From NCBI GenBank assembly GCA_964550425.1, contig CAZJZB010000002.1, forward strand, positions 1,626-65,625: a stretch of DNA of 64,000 bases. The letters are read 5' to 3'. Below the pieces are notes generated by a model that did not search any database, was not told the DNA's origin, and saw only the letters and a list, made by a program, of their open reading frames with translations. The translations under genes and the position numbers were made by a program. Below, in pieces: positions 7,961-18,383 of this stretch. The DNA is from an uncultured Candidatus Saccharibacteria bacterium (GTDB lineage Bacteria; Patescibacteriota; Minisyncoccia; Phycocordibacterales; Phycocordibacteraceae). Positions within the stretch are counted from its first letter, which is position 1. Every line of letters starts with the position of its first letter.

Positions 7961-9379
7961 ATGCGCACACTCGGCTTGTTCATGCTAGCCATTCTCTTCC
8001 CTGCGTTTGCTCATGCCTCAGTCATCATCACCGAGATCATGTATGACTATCCCGGCACCGAAGGAAGCGGAGATCATGATTGGGTCGAGATATACAACAA
8101 CGGGCAATCAACGGTTGATCTTGGGGGTTCAACCGTGCGTTTTATGGAACGGGGGAACAATCATATTATTGCGTCGTTCAACGGAAGTTCGACACTACTT
8201 GCACCCGGTGCGGTGGCGGTAATTGCCAACAATCCCACACAGACCAAACTTGATTTCCCGAACATAGGACTCTTGCTTGATAGTTCATTTTCTTTGACGG
8301 GAACTACCACAGCGCTCGGCATCATTATTGACGGCATCAATGTTAGTCCGGTGACCTACACACCCGCACCCAGCGCATCAAATCTCGGCGATTCTCTCCA
8401 ACTGATTAATGGGGCCTGGAGTGCTGCGACACCGACGCCTGGCACGTATGCCGGAACATCTTCTTCCGCTGATGATTCCGGCGATTCTTCGATCTCCTCT
8501 TCCGATTCTTCATCGGTTGTCACAATTCAAACTTCTTCAAGCGGCGCGCCGGCTGAATATCTTCCTATACCGACGCTCCGCATAGTAACCGGGGGCGATC
8601 GTACGGTATCAACAGGAGCAGATACTGTATTCACCGCCGTCGTATATGACGGTAAAGGCAATAAGCGTGATGATGCTACGGTGCTATGGTCGTTTGGCGA
8701 CGGCATGCAGAGAACCGGTGCGAGCGTCTATCACAAGTATTACGATCCAGGCGAATATGTCGCGATTGTGCGCGCCACTACTTCCGACGGCGGAGATGCG
8801 CGAAGCGAAATGGTCATGACGGTGAAGAATGCCGGCATTAAAATTGTTTCAGTATCAACTCGCGGCATCACGCTGGAAAATACAGATTCGCGCATGCTCG
8901 ATCTCTCGCTCTGGCGTCTATCAATGGGCGGAAAAGAATTTAGAATACCGGAGGACACGCAGATTCTCGCCGGCAAGACAATTCTATTTCCGTCGCAGAT
9001 AATTCAACTCCCGATATCAGATACGGCATCGCTTCTGTATCCGAGTGGTGAGGTGGTGTTTGTGTACCCGCCATCGCTTCCAGCGAAGCAACCTTTCACT
9101 CCCGTGTCGAGTTATGAAAAAGTACAGGCGGTCCGCCTTGAGGAAGCTCCGGCGAGACAGGCCGAAGCAATTATCAGTACAAAAACGAACATTCAAACAC
9201 ATGAGGAAGCAGTAGCCGCCCCCGCAGCGACGACAAAGCTCGCCGCTGCGGGGGCGGCATTGCTCCCGTCTCAAGCACCGCCCGTCACCGCACCTGCTTC
9301 TGGTCTTCTCCATTCGCCATGGACACTCAGTTTCCTCGGCATCGTTGCGCTTGCCGCCAGTGCATTCATATTTCTCTAA
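7961..9379 (+). CDS. Secreted lamin-tail-domain + PKD-domain surface protein with a C-terminal TM anchor
   Basis: Signal peptide (AHA), VIITEIMYD..DWVEIYN, TPTPG, WSFGDG..HKYYDPGEY, Ser-rich linker. Confidence 0.8.
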   Translation: MRTLGLFMLAILFPAFAHASVIITEIMYDYPGTEGSGDHDWVEIYNNGQSTVDLGGSTVRFMERGNNHIIASFNGSSTLLAPGAVAVIANNPTQTKLDFPNIGLLLDSSFSLTGTTTALGIIIDGINVSPVTYTPAPSASNLGDSLQLINGAWSAATPTPGTYAGTSSSADDSGDSSISSSDSSSVVTIQTSSSGAPAEYLPIPTLRIVTGGDRTVSTGADTVFTAVVYDGKGNKRDDATVLWSFGDGMQRTGASVYHKYYDPGEYVAIVRATTSDGGDARSEMVMTVKNAGIKIVSVSTRGITLENTDSRMLDLSLWRLSMGGKEFRIPEDTQILAGKTILFPSQIIQLPISDTASLLYPSGEVVFVYPPSLPAKQPFTPVSSYEKVQAVRLEEAPARQAEAIISTKTNIQTHEEAVAAPAATTKLAAAGAALLPSQAPPVTAPASGLLHSPWTLSFLGIVALAASAFIFL

Positions 9380-9418
9380 TGGCGTCAGTACAGCGATTTT
9401 CATACTAATCTTTCACGC

Positions 9419-10552
9419 ATGAAGCGCGTACTCATCTTCTCCCTCGCTTATTACCCGCATGTCGGCGGAGCTGAAGTCGCTCTCAAAGAAATCACCGACC
9501 GCCTGTCTGATAGTGAATTTCACATGCTCACACTCAACTTCGGCGCTGATGCACCGGAAGAAAAAATCGGGAATATTTTTGTACACCGGATAGGGAACAG
9601 CTCCTCGTATCTTTCTAAAATCTTGTTTGCGCCGCGCGCCGCAAGAGCGGCGCGCGTTCTCCATCAAACGCTTCATTTCGACGCTTTCTGGGCGCTGATG
9701 TCTTACATGCTGTTTCCCATCGTCCTGCTTCGCCTCATCGGAATTCGCGTGCCGTATCTGCTTTCGCTCCAAGAAGGCGATCCTTTCTCGCGTATGTTCA
9801 ATCGCTGGTTTATCCTCCCATTCCGACCACTCCTCTCTATCGGATTCCGAAATGCTTCGGCAGTGCAAGCTATCTCCACGTATCTTGCTCAGTGGGCAAC
9901 TATTATGGGTTTCAAAAAAGAGGTTGCAGTTATCCCAAATGGGGTAGATCTCGAACGTTTTACGGAAACCTCACATCCTACCATCGTGACCGCAGGCGTC
10001 GTTAATCTCATTACCGCCTCCCGCTTGGTCTACAAGAACGCGCTTGATGAGGTCATTCGGGCTCTCGCACTGCTGCCGGAAAACGTTCAGTTTGTAGTAT
10101 ATGGCAGCGGTCCTGACGAAAAGAAATTGCGTTCGCTCGCCGAAGATTTAAAGGTGTCAAACCGTGTACTCTTTAAAGGCCACAGGCCTCATGCTGATTT
10201 AGCTCGAGCATTTGCCACGGCCCATATCTTTATCCGTCCTTCGCGTTCAGAAGGAATGGGAAACTCGTTTGTTGAAGCGATGGCGGCTGGGCTGCCAGTT
10301 ATCGGGACGCAGGAGGGCGGCATCAGCGACTTCCTCTTTGATGCGAAAAGAAACCCCGATAAGGAGCCGACCGGCTGGGCGGTTGATGTTGATTCGCCAG
10401 AACAAGTCGCAGAAGCGGTTAGGGATATTCTTACTCATCCCGAACAGGTTGCGCAGATGACCGCGAATGCTAAACGCATGGTGACGGAGAAATATGATTG
10501 GAATCTCATCGCCAAGCAGATGCGGGGCATATTCGCTAGAATAGGCGTATGA
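9419..10552 (+). CDS. Glycosyltransferase family 4
   Basis: GGAE, IPNGVD, EGMGNSFVEAMAAG (Ex7E). Confidence 0.9.
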   Translation: MKRVLIFSLAYYPHVGGAEVALKEITDRLSDSEFHMLTLNFGADAPEEKIGNIFVHRIGNSSSYLSKILFAPRAARAARVLHQTLHFDAFWALMSYMLFPIVLLRLIGIRVPYLLSLQEGDPFSRMFNRWFILPFRPLLSIGFRNASAVQAISTYLAQWATIMGFKKEVAVIPNGVDLERFTETSHPTIVTAGVVNLITASRLVYKNALDEVIRALALLPENVQFVVYGSGPDEKKLRSLAEDLKVSNRVLFKGHRPHADLARAFATAHIFIRPSRSEGMGNSFVEAMAAGLPVIGTQEGGISDFLFDAKRNPDKEPTGWAVDVDSPEQVAEAVRDILTHPEQVAQMTANAKRMVTEKYDWNLIAKQMRGIFARIGV

Positions 10553-11643
10553 AGCTCGTCATCGCGACCCCCCTCTATCCGCCCGAAATAGGCGGTCCGG
10601 CGACCTACGTGAAGCTCTTAGAAGAGGGACTACCCAAGAGGGGTATCGGAGTTTCTGTGGTCAAATTTGGCGAGGTGCGGTATTTGCCGAAGCTTATCCG
10701 GCACTATGTCTACTACCGCCGCGTCCTCGCGGCGGCGCGCGGTGCCGACGCCGTTCTCGCGCTTGACCCGGTCTCGGTCGGCTTGCCGGCGATGAAGGCG
10801 GCGCAAAAGGCGGGGAAGCCCTTTGTCGTGAAGGTTGTGGGCGACTATGCGTGGGAGCAGGGTACCCAGCGGTTTGGCGTAAAGCAGAATCTAGATGAGT
10901 TCGTGCGCACGCCACAAAAATCTTTCTTCGTACGCAGAATGCAAAGAGTTCAGACGCTTGTGGCACAAAGCGCCGCACAGGTTATCGTGCCGAGCGAATA
11001 TCTGAAAGGTATCGTAACAGCGTGGGGCATCTCAAGCCAGAAGATACAGGTTATCTATAATGCCGTGTCTATCGATTCAATAGGGACAGTGCCTGAAGCC
11101 ATGAATAAACTACCGCGACCATTAGTTGTCTCTGTTGGTCGCCTCGTACCATGGAAGGGTATGGACCGCCTCATCGATGGAATGTGGGCAGCACGTAGAA
11201 AAGGGTCAAATGCCTCGCTGGTTATTGTGGGTAGCGGACCTCTAAAAACCGAACTTGAGAGGAAAGCAAGATTTCTACTAAAGGATAATTACTGGTTTGC
11301 TGGAGAGCTCTCGCATATTGATACACTCGCGGCCATCAAAGATGCCGATATTTTCGTCCTAAATTCTTCGTATGAAGGGCTTTCGCATGTCTTGATAGAG
11401 GCTCTCAAGCTTGGAACATGCATTCTCACCACGAACGCTGGAGGAAATGACGAGATTGTTGTACGAGGCACCGGGATTACCATTAAAGTCGGGGATGAAG
11501 CTCGATTTGCTTCGAGCCTTCGAATACTTATTGAACACCAGGAAGAACGATCTCGTCTTTCATCTGCTGCGAAACAATCCGGACAAAGGTTTTCGTTAGA
11601 AACTATGCTCTCTGCAACGGTTACGGCGTTGCAAAACATATGA
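10549..11643 (+). CDS. Glycosyltransferase family 4
   Basis: YPPEIGGPA, VGRLVPWKG, EGLSHVLIEA. Confidence 0.9.
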   Translation: MKLVIATPLYPPEIGGPATYVKLLEEGLPKRGIGVSVVKFGEVRYLPKLIRHYVYYRRVLAAARGADAVLALDPVSVGLPAMKAAQKAGKPFVVKVVGDYAWEQGTQRFGVKQNLDEFVRTPQKSFFVRRMQRVQTLVAQSAAQVIVPSEYLKGIVTAWGISSQKIQVIYNAVSIDSIGTVPEAMNKLPRPLVVSVGRLVPWKGMDRLIDGMWAARRKGSNASLVIVGSGPLKTELERKARFLLKDNYWFAGELSHIDTLAAIKDADIFVLNSSYEGLSHVLIEALKLGTCILTTNAGGNDEIVVRGTGITIKVGDEARFASSLRILIEHQEERSRLSSAAKQSGQRFSLETMLSATVTALQNI

Positions 11644-12761
11644 AAGTCCTCTTTATTTCAAATGATCCGACGATATTTGATGCGGGGAGCGTTGCTCGCG
11701 GGCGCATGCGCACATACGCGGCGTTCATGGGAGAATTGCACATTCTGTCTTTTGCCGATCGAAATACAACAGAAGAGCAAGAACAAAATCTTTTTCTTCA
11801 TCCAGTGCATGCATGGGCATTCTTGCGCATTCGTGTGCTCGCGGAGCGGGCACACGAACTTATTCTGAAGCATGACATTGAAGTTGTCTCGGCGCAGGAC
11901 CCTTTTGAACATGGACTTGCCGCGCTACGGGCCGTGCAGGGCACGAACGCGAAGCTGCATATTCAAGTGCATACCGATTTTCTTTCACCATGGTTTGTGA
12001 AGGGTGGCACGTTACGCACCTCATTCCTCAATCGTTACCGCCGTAGGATCGCTGATCGTGTTTTGCCAGCGGCTAGCGGTGTCCGAGCAGTTTCCGAGCG
12101 CGTAAAGGATTCACTTGTGGCCCGCTATGGTTCGCGCATTCCCGAACCATCGGTCATTCCCCTTACGGTTTCTATGGAGATACCAACACGCGCATCATTG
12201 CCTACGCACACCTTCACTTTCGCACTCATTGCGGTCGGGCGCTTGGAGCCCGAGAAACGCATTGAGGATATCCTTACAGCACTCTCGCTTGTCATCAAGC
12301 AGTATCCGATACTAGGACTTTTCATCGTCGGCGATGGTCGCGAGCGCGGTCGGCTTGAACGCCTGACACGTACTCTTAATCTTGAGAAACATATCGTCTT
12401 TCTCGGAGAACGTTCCGACGCGCGAGCGCTTATGGGAAGCGCGCAGGCATTCATCCAAGCGAGCGCGTATGAGGGATATGGCCGTACGCTTATTGAGGCA
12501 GCGCTTGCCAGGATTCCTATCATCACGACCGATGTCGGCATCGTGGGGGAAATATTTAAAGACCATACAGATGTGCTTGTAGCGCCGGTTGCCAATCCCA
12601 AAGCTCTCTCGCTCAATATCATCAGATTCATAGAAGATACCGCGATGCGACAAGAACTTCCGAGGCACGCCGAAGATACTGCGCGAGTGCATCTTGCCGT
12701 ACAAGGGAATATCGCGGAACGCATCCGGGACGACCTCATAGGCACACTGCAGAAGATATGA
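11640..12761 (+). CDS. Glycosyltransferase family 4
   Basis: VGRLEPEK, EGYGRTLIEA. Confidence 0.9.
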   Translation: MKVLFISNDPTIFDAGSVARGRMRTYAAFMGELHILSFADRNTTEEQEQNLFLHPVHAWAFLRIRVLAERAHELILKHDIEVVSAQDPFEHGLAALRAVQGTNAKLHIQVHTDFLSPWFVKGGTLRTSFLNRYRRRIADRVLPAASGVRAVSERVKDSLVARYGSRIPEPSVIPLTVSMEIPTRASLPTHTFTFALIAVGRLEPEKRIEDILTALSLVIKQYPILGLFIVGDGRERGRLERLTRTLNLEKHIVFLGERSDARALMGSAQAFIQASAYEGYGRTLIEAALARIPIITTDVGIVGEIFKDHTDVLVAPVANPKALSLNIIRFIEDTAMRQELPRHAEDTARVHLAVQGNIAERIRDDLIGTLQKI

Positions 12762-13852
12762 CAACACGAGCGCAGAAACGCCTTACCATTTGTTTTTTTG
12801 GTTACGATGAGAAAGATGAAGGCGGACGCGCATGGACAATACGGACCGGTCTTGCTGAAAACGGTGTCACGATCAAACAGTGTCGGACGCTTGTTAACGG
12901 GTTTTTTCCGAAATATCGCAATCTATATCTGAAATGGAGAGACATATCAGCTGTGGATGCGATGTACGTTATTTTCATGGGCTACTATCTGATGCCGCTT
13001 GCGTGGTACCTCGCGCGCCGACGGGGGATTCCGGTAATACTCGATACGCTCGTATCGCAATATGATACCGAAGTCACAGATCGCAAGAGAGTGTCGCGTT
13101 TTAGTTTGCGTGCGTGGTTTTTATGGGCAGCGGATTTCATTTCCTGTTTCATTGCCGATGCGATTGTCGTTGATACGCGCGAGCATAAGAGATTTTTTGC
13201 CGAAAAGTTCTTCGTCAATCCTCGGAAGATTATCATCATTCCTGTCGGATGCCGTTCCGACCTCTTCAAACCGTTTCCTCATGTGAAGAAATCGGACGAT
13301 GAATGTACCGTTGAATTTCACGGGGGGTTTAGTCCATTACATGGCGTCGAATACATCATGGAGGCAGCAAAAATTCTGCAGGATAAGAATGAGAATGTAC
13401 ATTTTGAGATTACCGGCAGAGGGCAAATGTTTGCAGAGATCACTCATATGGCTAGAGAGCTTCATCTCGCGAACGTTGCATTTTTTGATATGAAACCAAT
13501 AGAAGAACTTCCTCGTTCTATTGCGCGAGGCGATATATGTCTCGGTGTATTTGGAACGAGCGCAAAGGCATTGCGTATTATTCCAAATAAGGTTTATGAA
13601 TGTCTCAGTTGCGGAAAGCCGGTCATCACCGAACGTTCCCCGGCCGCGCTTGAGATGTTGCACGATCGCGAAGATGTCTACATGGTAGAGCCAGGTAATG
13701 GGACCAATCTTGCCGAGAAAATCTTGGAACTGAAACACAACTCAGCGGAGCGCGCCCGTCTCGGCGAGCGCGCCCGCGCCATCTCGCTTGCCGCATTCTC
13801 CTCGCATACAATCACTCTTCCGCTCGTAGAGTGGCTCGAATCACACGCATGA
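12758..13852 (+). CDS. Glycosyltransferase family 4-like
   Basis: FHGGFSPLHG, IPNKVYECLSCGKPVIT. Confidence 0.85.
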   Translation: MTTRAQKRLTICFFGYDEKDEGGRAWTIRTGLAENGVTIKQCRTLVNGFFPKYRNLYLKWRDISAVDAMYVIFMGYYLMPLAWYLARRRGIPVILDTLVSQYDTEVTDRKRVSRFSLRAWFLWAADFISCFIADAIVVDTREHKRFFAEKFFVNPRKIIIIPVGCRSDLFKPFPHVKKSDDECTVEFHGGFSPLHGVEYIMEAAKILQDKNENVHFEITGRGQMFAEITHMARELHLANVAFFDMKPIEELPRSIARGDICLGVFGTSAKALRIIPNKVYECLSCGKPVITERSPAALEMLHDREDVYMVEPGNGTNLAEKILELKHNSAERARLGERARAISLAAFSSHTITLPLVEWLESHA

Positions 13853-14901
13853 ATCCCGTTAGAAATCACGAACCACAACCAATAAACCGAAAAACATCGG
13901 GTTCTATTTCTAACGGGATGAAGCTACTGATCATCACCCAAGTAGTTGATTCCGAAGACCCGATATTGGGATTTTTTCACCGTTGGATAGAGGAGTTTGC
14001 CAAGCATGTCGAGCGAGTCGAGGTTATTTGTCTCAAGGAGGGTCGCCACGTTCTGCCGGCACATGTACAGGTTCATTCTCTGGGCAAAGAACGTGGAGCA
14101 GTCGGGCGCGCCACGTACGCGCTACGCTTTCTCCTGCTTGCATGGCGCTTGCGGCGCGATTACAACGCGGTTTTCGTGCATATGAATCCCGAATACGTTA
14201 TGCTCGCCGGGCCGCTCTGGCGGCTCTGGGGCAAGCATGTCGCCTTATGGTACACACATAAAAGCGTCAATCTGAAATTACGGATAGCAGTTCTATTTGC
14301 ACATGTCGTTTTCACCGCCTCGATAGAGAGTTTCCGGTTGGGGACAGCGAAACTCCGCATCATGGGGCATGGCATCGATGTTGATTTTTTCTCTCCCGAT
14401 TCAAGCGTACAGCGAGGAACTACAGTGCTTTCAGTAGGTCGACTTTCCCCGATAAAGCGCCACGATATCGTCATTCGCGCGGCGAAGCATTTCCCAAATG
14501 ACGTCCATATCGCAGGCGATGGACCGGAAATGCGTCATTTAGAGAATCTAACAAAACATCTCTCCCTCGTTTCGCGCGTGCATTTTCTAGGATCGAAAAC
14601 ACAAGAACAATTGCGAGAAGAATACCGGCGGGCAGGCGTCTTCGTTCATGCGAGCGAGACGGGTAGTTTGGACAAAGTCGTGCTTGAAGCGCTCGCCTGC
14701 GGCCTCCCGGTCATTACGACGAGCGCGTCTTTAAAGAATCTTCCGGTCACTGTAGTGTCCGCCACGCCGGATGCCATCGCACAAGCAGTTATCAGCGTGC
14801 GAGACGCGAACGCGCAATCGCTCGTTACCTATGTACAAGAACATCATTCGCTGCAGCGTCTCGTTCCCACGATACTTGGTATTATGCGAGACACTATATG
14901 A
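13849..14901 (+). CDS. Glycosyltransferase family 4 (23-aa N-terminal extension from an insert; alternative start 13918)
   Basis: MKLLIITQ, VGRLSPIK, SLDKVVLEALACG. Confidence 0.88.
   Translation: MNPVRNHEPQPINRKTSGSISNGMKLLIITQVVDSEDPILGFFHRWIEEFAKHVERVEVICLKEGRHVLPAHVQVHSLGKERGAVGRATYALRFLLLAWRLRRDYNAVFVHMNPEYVMLAGPLWRLWGKHVALWYTHKSVNLKLRIAVLFAHVVFTASIESFRLGTAKLRIMGHGIDVDFFSPDSSVQRGTTVLSVGRLSPIKRHDIVIRAAKHFPNDVHIAGDGPEMRHLENLTKHLSLVSRVHFLGSKTQEQLREEYRRAGVFVHASETGSLDKVVLEALACGLPVITTSASLKNLPVTVVSATPDAIAQAVISVRDANAQSLVTYVQEHHSLQRLVPTILGIMRDTI
13853..13919. mobile_element. MITE-like miniature inverted-repeat insertion
   Basis: 14-bp perfect inverted repeat ATCCCGTTAGAAAT/ATTTCTAACGGGAT; ATGAA direct repeat at 13849 and 13918, overlapping the IR ends. 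Confidence 0.7.
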
Positions 14902-15992
14902 AAATCGGATTCGTCGCAGAGCCCTATGAAGAGTCCGGTGCTTCCGGCATGGGCTATATGATTTGGGAGTTCTTGAAAAATCTGCCTGTTGCGGGAAGAA
15001 ACCACGAGTTCACCATCTATTCTTCTATGCCTATACGAAAAGATCTTGTACCAGTTCCTGTGCGCAATGTCATAGTCCCAAAAGGTTTTCTAGGGAAGTT
15101 TCTCTGGTTTTTATGGACAAAGGAAGATATAGATGTCCTCTTGTTTGTTACGCCGCTCCTGCCGCTCATACTGCCACATCGCATTGGGGCAGTGTCTATT
15201 TGTCCGGAACTAGTGAGTCAAAAAATAATGCCCGGATCGCTCCGCGACAAATTCTTGGCATTTCTTCGCGATTATATACTTATGCCGATATGCTTGCGGC
15301 GTGCTCTTAAAATCATCACTATCTCGCACGCTACAAAAGAAGATATAATTAAATATTATAAGATTCCATCAGAGGATATCTCCGTCATATACGTTGGTTT
15401 TCAGGACCTCAGCCCGTATAAAGACACAGCGCCCGTGGTTGATGAGAAAATCAAGCCATATTTCTTTTTTACTGGAAGGGTAAAACCGCGTAAAAATGTC
15501 CACGCGATAGTATCCGCATTCATACGATTCAAGAAACGGACGCACGCTGACTGCAAGCTTGTGATAGCAGGCAAGGCCGGTGGCGACTATTACCAATTGA
15601 TGCTTACAGAGCTTGAGAAAAATGGAATGCAAGCCGATGTATTTTTTGTCGGTTATGTGTCGACGGAATTGCTCTGTTCGTATTACATGCATGCGTTGGC
15701 GTTTGTCTTTCCGTCGCTAAACGAAGGGTTCGGCATGCCGGTTGTTGAGGCAATGAACCTTGGTGCGCCCGTTATTACCTCCTCTATTTCATCTCTACCC
15801 GAGGCGGCCGGAGACGCAGGGTTATTGGTTGATCCATATGATATCGAGGATATTAGCCGCGCTATGGAAAAAATATTTTCTGATTCCGGTCTGCGCGCGA
15901 CACTTATCGAAAGAGGATACGCGCAGGCAAAGAAATTCTCTTGGGAGAAAACAGCGAGAGAATATATGTCCGTCATAGAAGGGGTCATATGA
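14898..15992 (+). CDS. Glycosyltransferase family 4 (MtfB/mannosyl- or rhamnosyltransferase-like)
   Basis: GRVKPRKN, FPSLNEGFGMPVVEAM, SSLPE. Confidence 0.9.
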   Translation: MKIGFVAEPYEESGASGMGYMIWEFLKNLPVAGRNHEFTIYSSMPIRKDLVPVPVRNVIVPKGFLGKFLWFLWTKEDIDVLLFVTPLLPLILPHRIGAVSICPELVSQKIMPGSLRDKFLAFLRDYILMPICLRRALKIITISHATKEDIIKYYKIPSEDISVIYVGFQDLSPYKDTAPVVDEKIKPYFFFTGRVKPRKNVHAIVSAFIRFKKRTHADCKLVIAGKAGGDYYQLMLTELEKNGMQADVFFVGYVSTELLCSYYMHALAFVFPSLNEGFGMPVVEAMNLGAPVITSSISSLPEAAGDAGLLVDPYDIEDISRAMEKIFSDSGLRATLIERGYAQAKKFSWEKTAREYMSVIEGVI

Positions 15993-17086
15993 CACCGACC
16001 GATCACCTTACGCTGTATGTGAATCCTTCGTGGCGCCGTTCAGGTATCCATACGCCGCTCCTGAACCCATGGTGGGGTAATCCAAACGAGGAATCATCGG
16101 TCTTAGCAAAACAGCTCTTTGATACCTATTCGTTTGATACTGCGTACTACACCATCACTGATAACCTTGAAAAGGCCGATATGGTGTTCGCGCCCTATCG
16201 GCATAATTGGCTGTTACAGTTCGATACCGCTTTACTTGCGGAGTGTACTAATGCCGCACAAACTGCAAATCTTCCACTGCTCTTAGATGGTTGCGGAGAT
16301 GTTGAGCATCCCCTTGATATAGAAAACGCATTTATTCTTCGCATCGGCGGGTACCGTTTTATGAGCGAGCGTGGGAGGATACAGATACCACCTCTCGCGG
16401 ACGATCTCTTGGAGCGGTACAGGGCCGGCCGCCTTGATATTCGCAAAAAAACAGAAGGGAAGCCCATCGTCGGATTTGCGGGTTGGACCAAGCTCTCTCC
16501 CACGCAGTATCTCCGAACGGTTATAAAAGAGTTGCCGGTGCGCGCACGCGGCGTCATTGACGCACGATATCGAGCTTGTATCAAGGGCGTATTGTGGCGT
16601 CAAAAGGCGATACAGATACTAAAACACTCTTCCCTCGTAACGCTCACTCTCCGCGCGCGACATTCTTTTTCCGCGAGTCCAAAGACGGCAGAAGGCGATA
16701 TGTCGAAACTCCGAGAGGAAATGGTTGAGACCATACTGCAAAGCGATTACGCGCTTGATGTGCGCGGGGACGCAAACGATTCAACGCGGCTGTTTGAGAT
16801 ACTATCGCTGGGGCGCATTCCCGTTATCGTTGATACTGAACGAAACTTTCCTTTCAGCGACACAATTGATTACTCGTCTTTTGCGCTCATAATTGATTTC
16901 CGCGATATCAATCGTTTATCCGAACGGATAGCAGAATTTCATAAGAACATTTCGCCGGAACGATATGAACAGATGCAACAGAATGCTCGCGATGCCTACA
17001 TGAATTATTTCCGCATTGATGCGCTTATGCGGCCGATTGTAGAGGAACTACAAGCAAGAATGTCATCTAAAATCACTTTTCGCTAG
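15989..17086 (+). CDS. Exostosin (GT47)-like protein
   Basis: SDYALDVRGDANDSTRLFEILSLGRIPVIV, the exostosin-type C-terminal motif; ATGA overlap start. Confidence 0.75.
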   Translation: MTPTDHLTLYVNPSWRRSGIHTPLLNPWWGNPNEESSVLAKQLFDTYSFDTAYYTITDNLEKADMVFAPYRHNWLLQFDTALLAECTNAAQTANLPLLLDGCGDVEHPLDIENAFILRIGGYRFMSERGRIQIPPLADDLLERYRAGRLDIRKKTEGKPIVGFAGWTKLSPTQYLRTVIKELPVRARGVIDARYRACIKGVLWRQKAIQILKHSSLVTLTLRARHSFSASPKTAEGDMSKLREEMVETILQSDYALDVRGDANDSTRLFEILSLGRIPVIVDTERNFPFSDTIDYSSFALIIDFRDINRLSERIAEFHKNISPERYEQMQQNARDAYMNYFRIDALMRPIVEELQARMSSKITFR

Positions 17087-17916
17087 CGCCATGCGAAAAT
17101 CATATACGTATAAATAGTGTCTTTGCCGATCATCTGGTGCGGCAGTGCTGTGGACTGCACAAATGTATGGAACCCATGCGTCTTGAGCAAGGTAAGCATC
17201 TCACTCAGCGTTCGTGTGAAGAATCCAGGGATGTAATGGTACTCAAGCTGTATTGACGCAATATGCCGTAACGCATGTTGTGCTTCGAGTTCTTCCAGGA
17301 CATCAAGCTCTCCTCCTTCAATATCTATCTTGAGCAGATCAATCGCTTCATCGATATAGTGCGAAAGAGTATCAACTTCTACTTTATACGAGTTGAGAAC
17401 ACGACCACTCTTTCCCAAATGATGTGCGACGCTCCCTCCGCTACTTGTTGGCACTTTGTCCTCAACGAAAAACTCTGTCCTACCTTTTTCTTTTCCGAGT
17501 GCGTACGGGAATACCCGGACGTCCTTTCCCCAAGCATTTGCCTCGATATTTTTCTCTAGCACCGCCCGGGCGGCGGGATTTGGCTCAAAACACATAACGC
17601 GTGCATGAGGCGCACGGGTCTTGATATAGAGAAGCGACACGCCGATATTCGCTCCGCAGTCGATGACATTAATCGGCTCCTGTGTAGGTACGAGGGAATA
17701 GGTCTCTTTGAAGAAGATTTCTGTGAAAAGCCCTTCGAAGAAGGCAAGTGAGGGAAAATAAAATACATATGTTCCTACAGGGATGCGAGCAAGTTTTCCT
17801 CCGCGGGGTGGGTTGATCTTGTTCCTTATATGCGCCACCGTAAAGGCGCACGCCGCTCTAAAACCGATAAGCGCACGAAGCTGCGAAAAGTATCCAATGA
17901 ATCTGAAAAATTTCAT
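17083..17916 (-). CDS. FkbM-family methyltransferase
   Basis: DCGANIG, FEPNP, LLKIDIEGGE. Confidence 0.9.
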   Translation of the reverse strand: MKFFRFIGYFSQLRALIGFRAACAFTVAHIRNKINPPRGGKLARIPVGTYVFYFPSLAFFEGLFTEIFFKETYSLVPTQEPINVIDCGANIGVSLLYIKTRAPHARVMCFEPNPAARAVLEKNIEANAWGKDVRVFPYALGKEKGRTEFFVEDKVPTSSGGSVAHHLGKSGRVLNSYKVEVDTLSHYIDEAIDLLKIDIEGGELDVLEELEAQHALRHIASIQLEYHYIPGFFTRTLSEMLTLLKTHGFHTFVQSTALPHQMIGKDTIYTYMIFAWR

Positions 17917-17961
17917 TTCGGGCTCATTCTATCGCACTTTGTTAGATGCTACTATTGTGTC

Positions 17962-18336
17962 ATGCATATCCTGAAATTTTTTACGACGGGAATGATCGGA
18001 CTCAGTATAAATCTTGGCGCATTCCATATTCTGTATGTGCTTGGTGTGCCTTATCTCGCAGGATCTGCCACGGCATTGTTCGTTGCAATGCTCGTCGGCT
18101 TTGTACTCCAGAAATACTGGACATTTCAAGACCGCTCATCGGAGCGTATGCATATACAGTTCGCACTATACGCAGCGCTTGCGCTCGGTAATCTCGCAGT
18201 GAACACTTTCATCGTATTCCTTCTTGTCGAATACGCGAGCGCACACTACCTCATCGCACAAACCGTCGGAGCCGGTTTGGTTGCCACTACGAGTTACTTT
18301 ATCTACAGGTTTTATATATTTGCGGATGTGTCCTAG
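17962..18336 (+). CDS. GtrA-family flippase-like membrane protein
   Basis: Four TMs, FVLQKYWTF motif; TACTAT lies 6 nt before ATG 17962. Confidence 0.85.
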   Translation: MHILKFFTTGMIGLSINLGAFHILYVLGVPYLAGSATALFVAMLVGFVLQKYWTFQDRSSERMHIQFALYAALALGNLAVNTFIVFLLVEYASAHYLIAQTVGAGLVATTSYFIYRFYIFADVS

Positions 18337-18383
18337 AGAAGTACCTCTTTCTTCACCTTCCCGCGCTTTGTGTATTACGGAAA

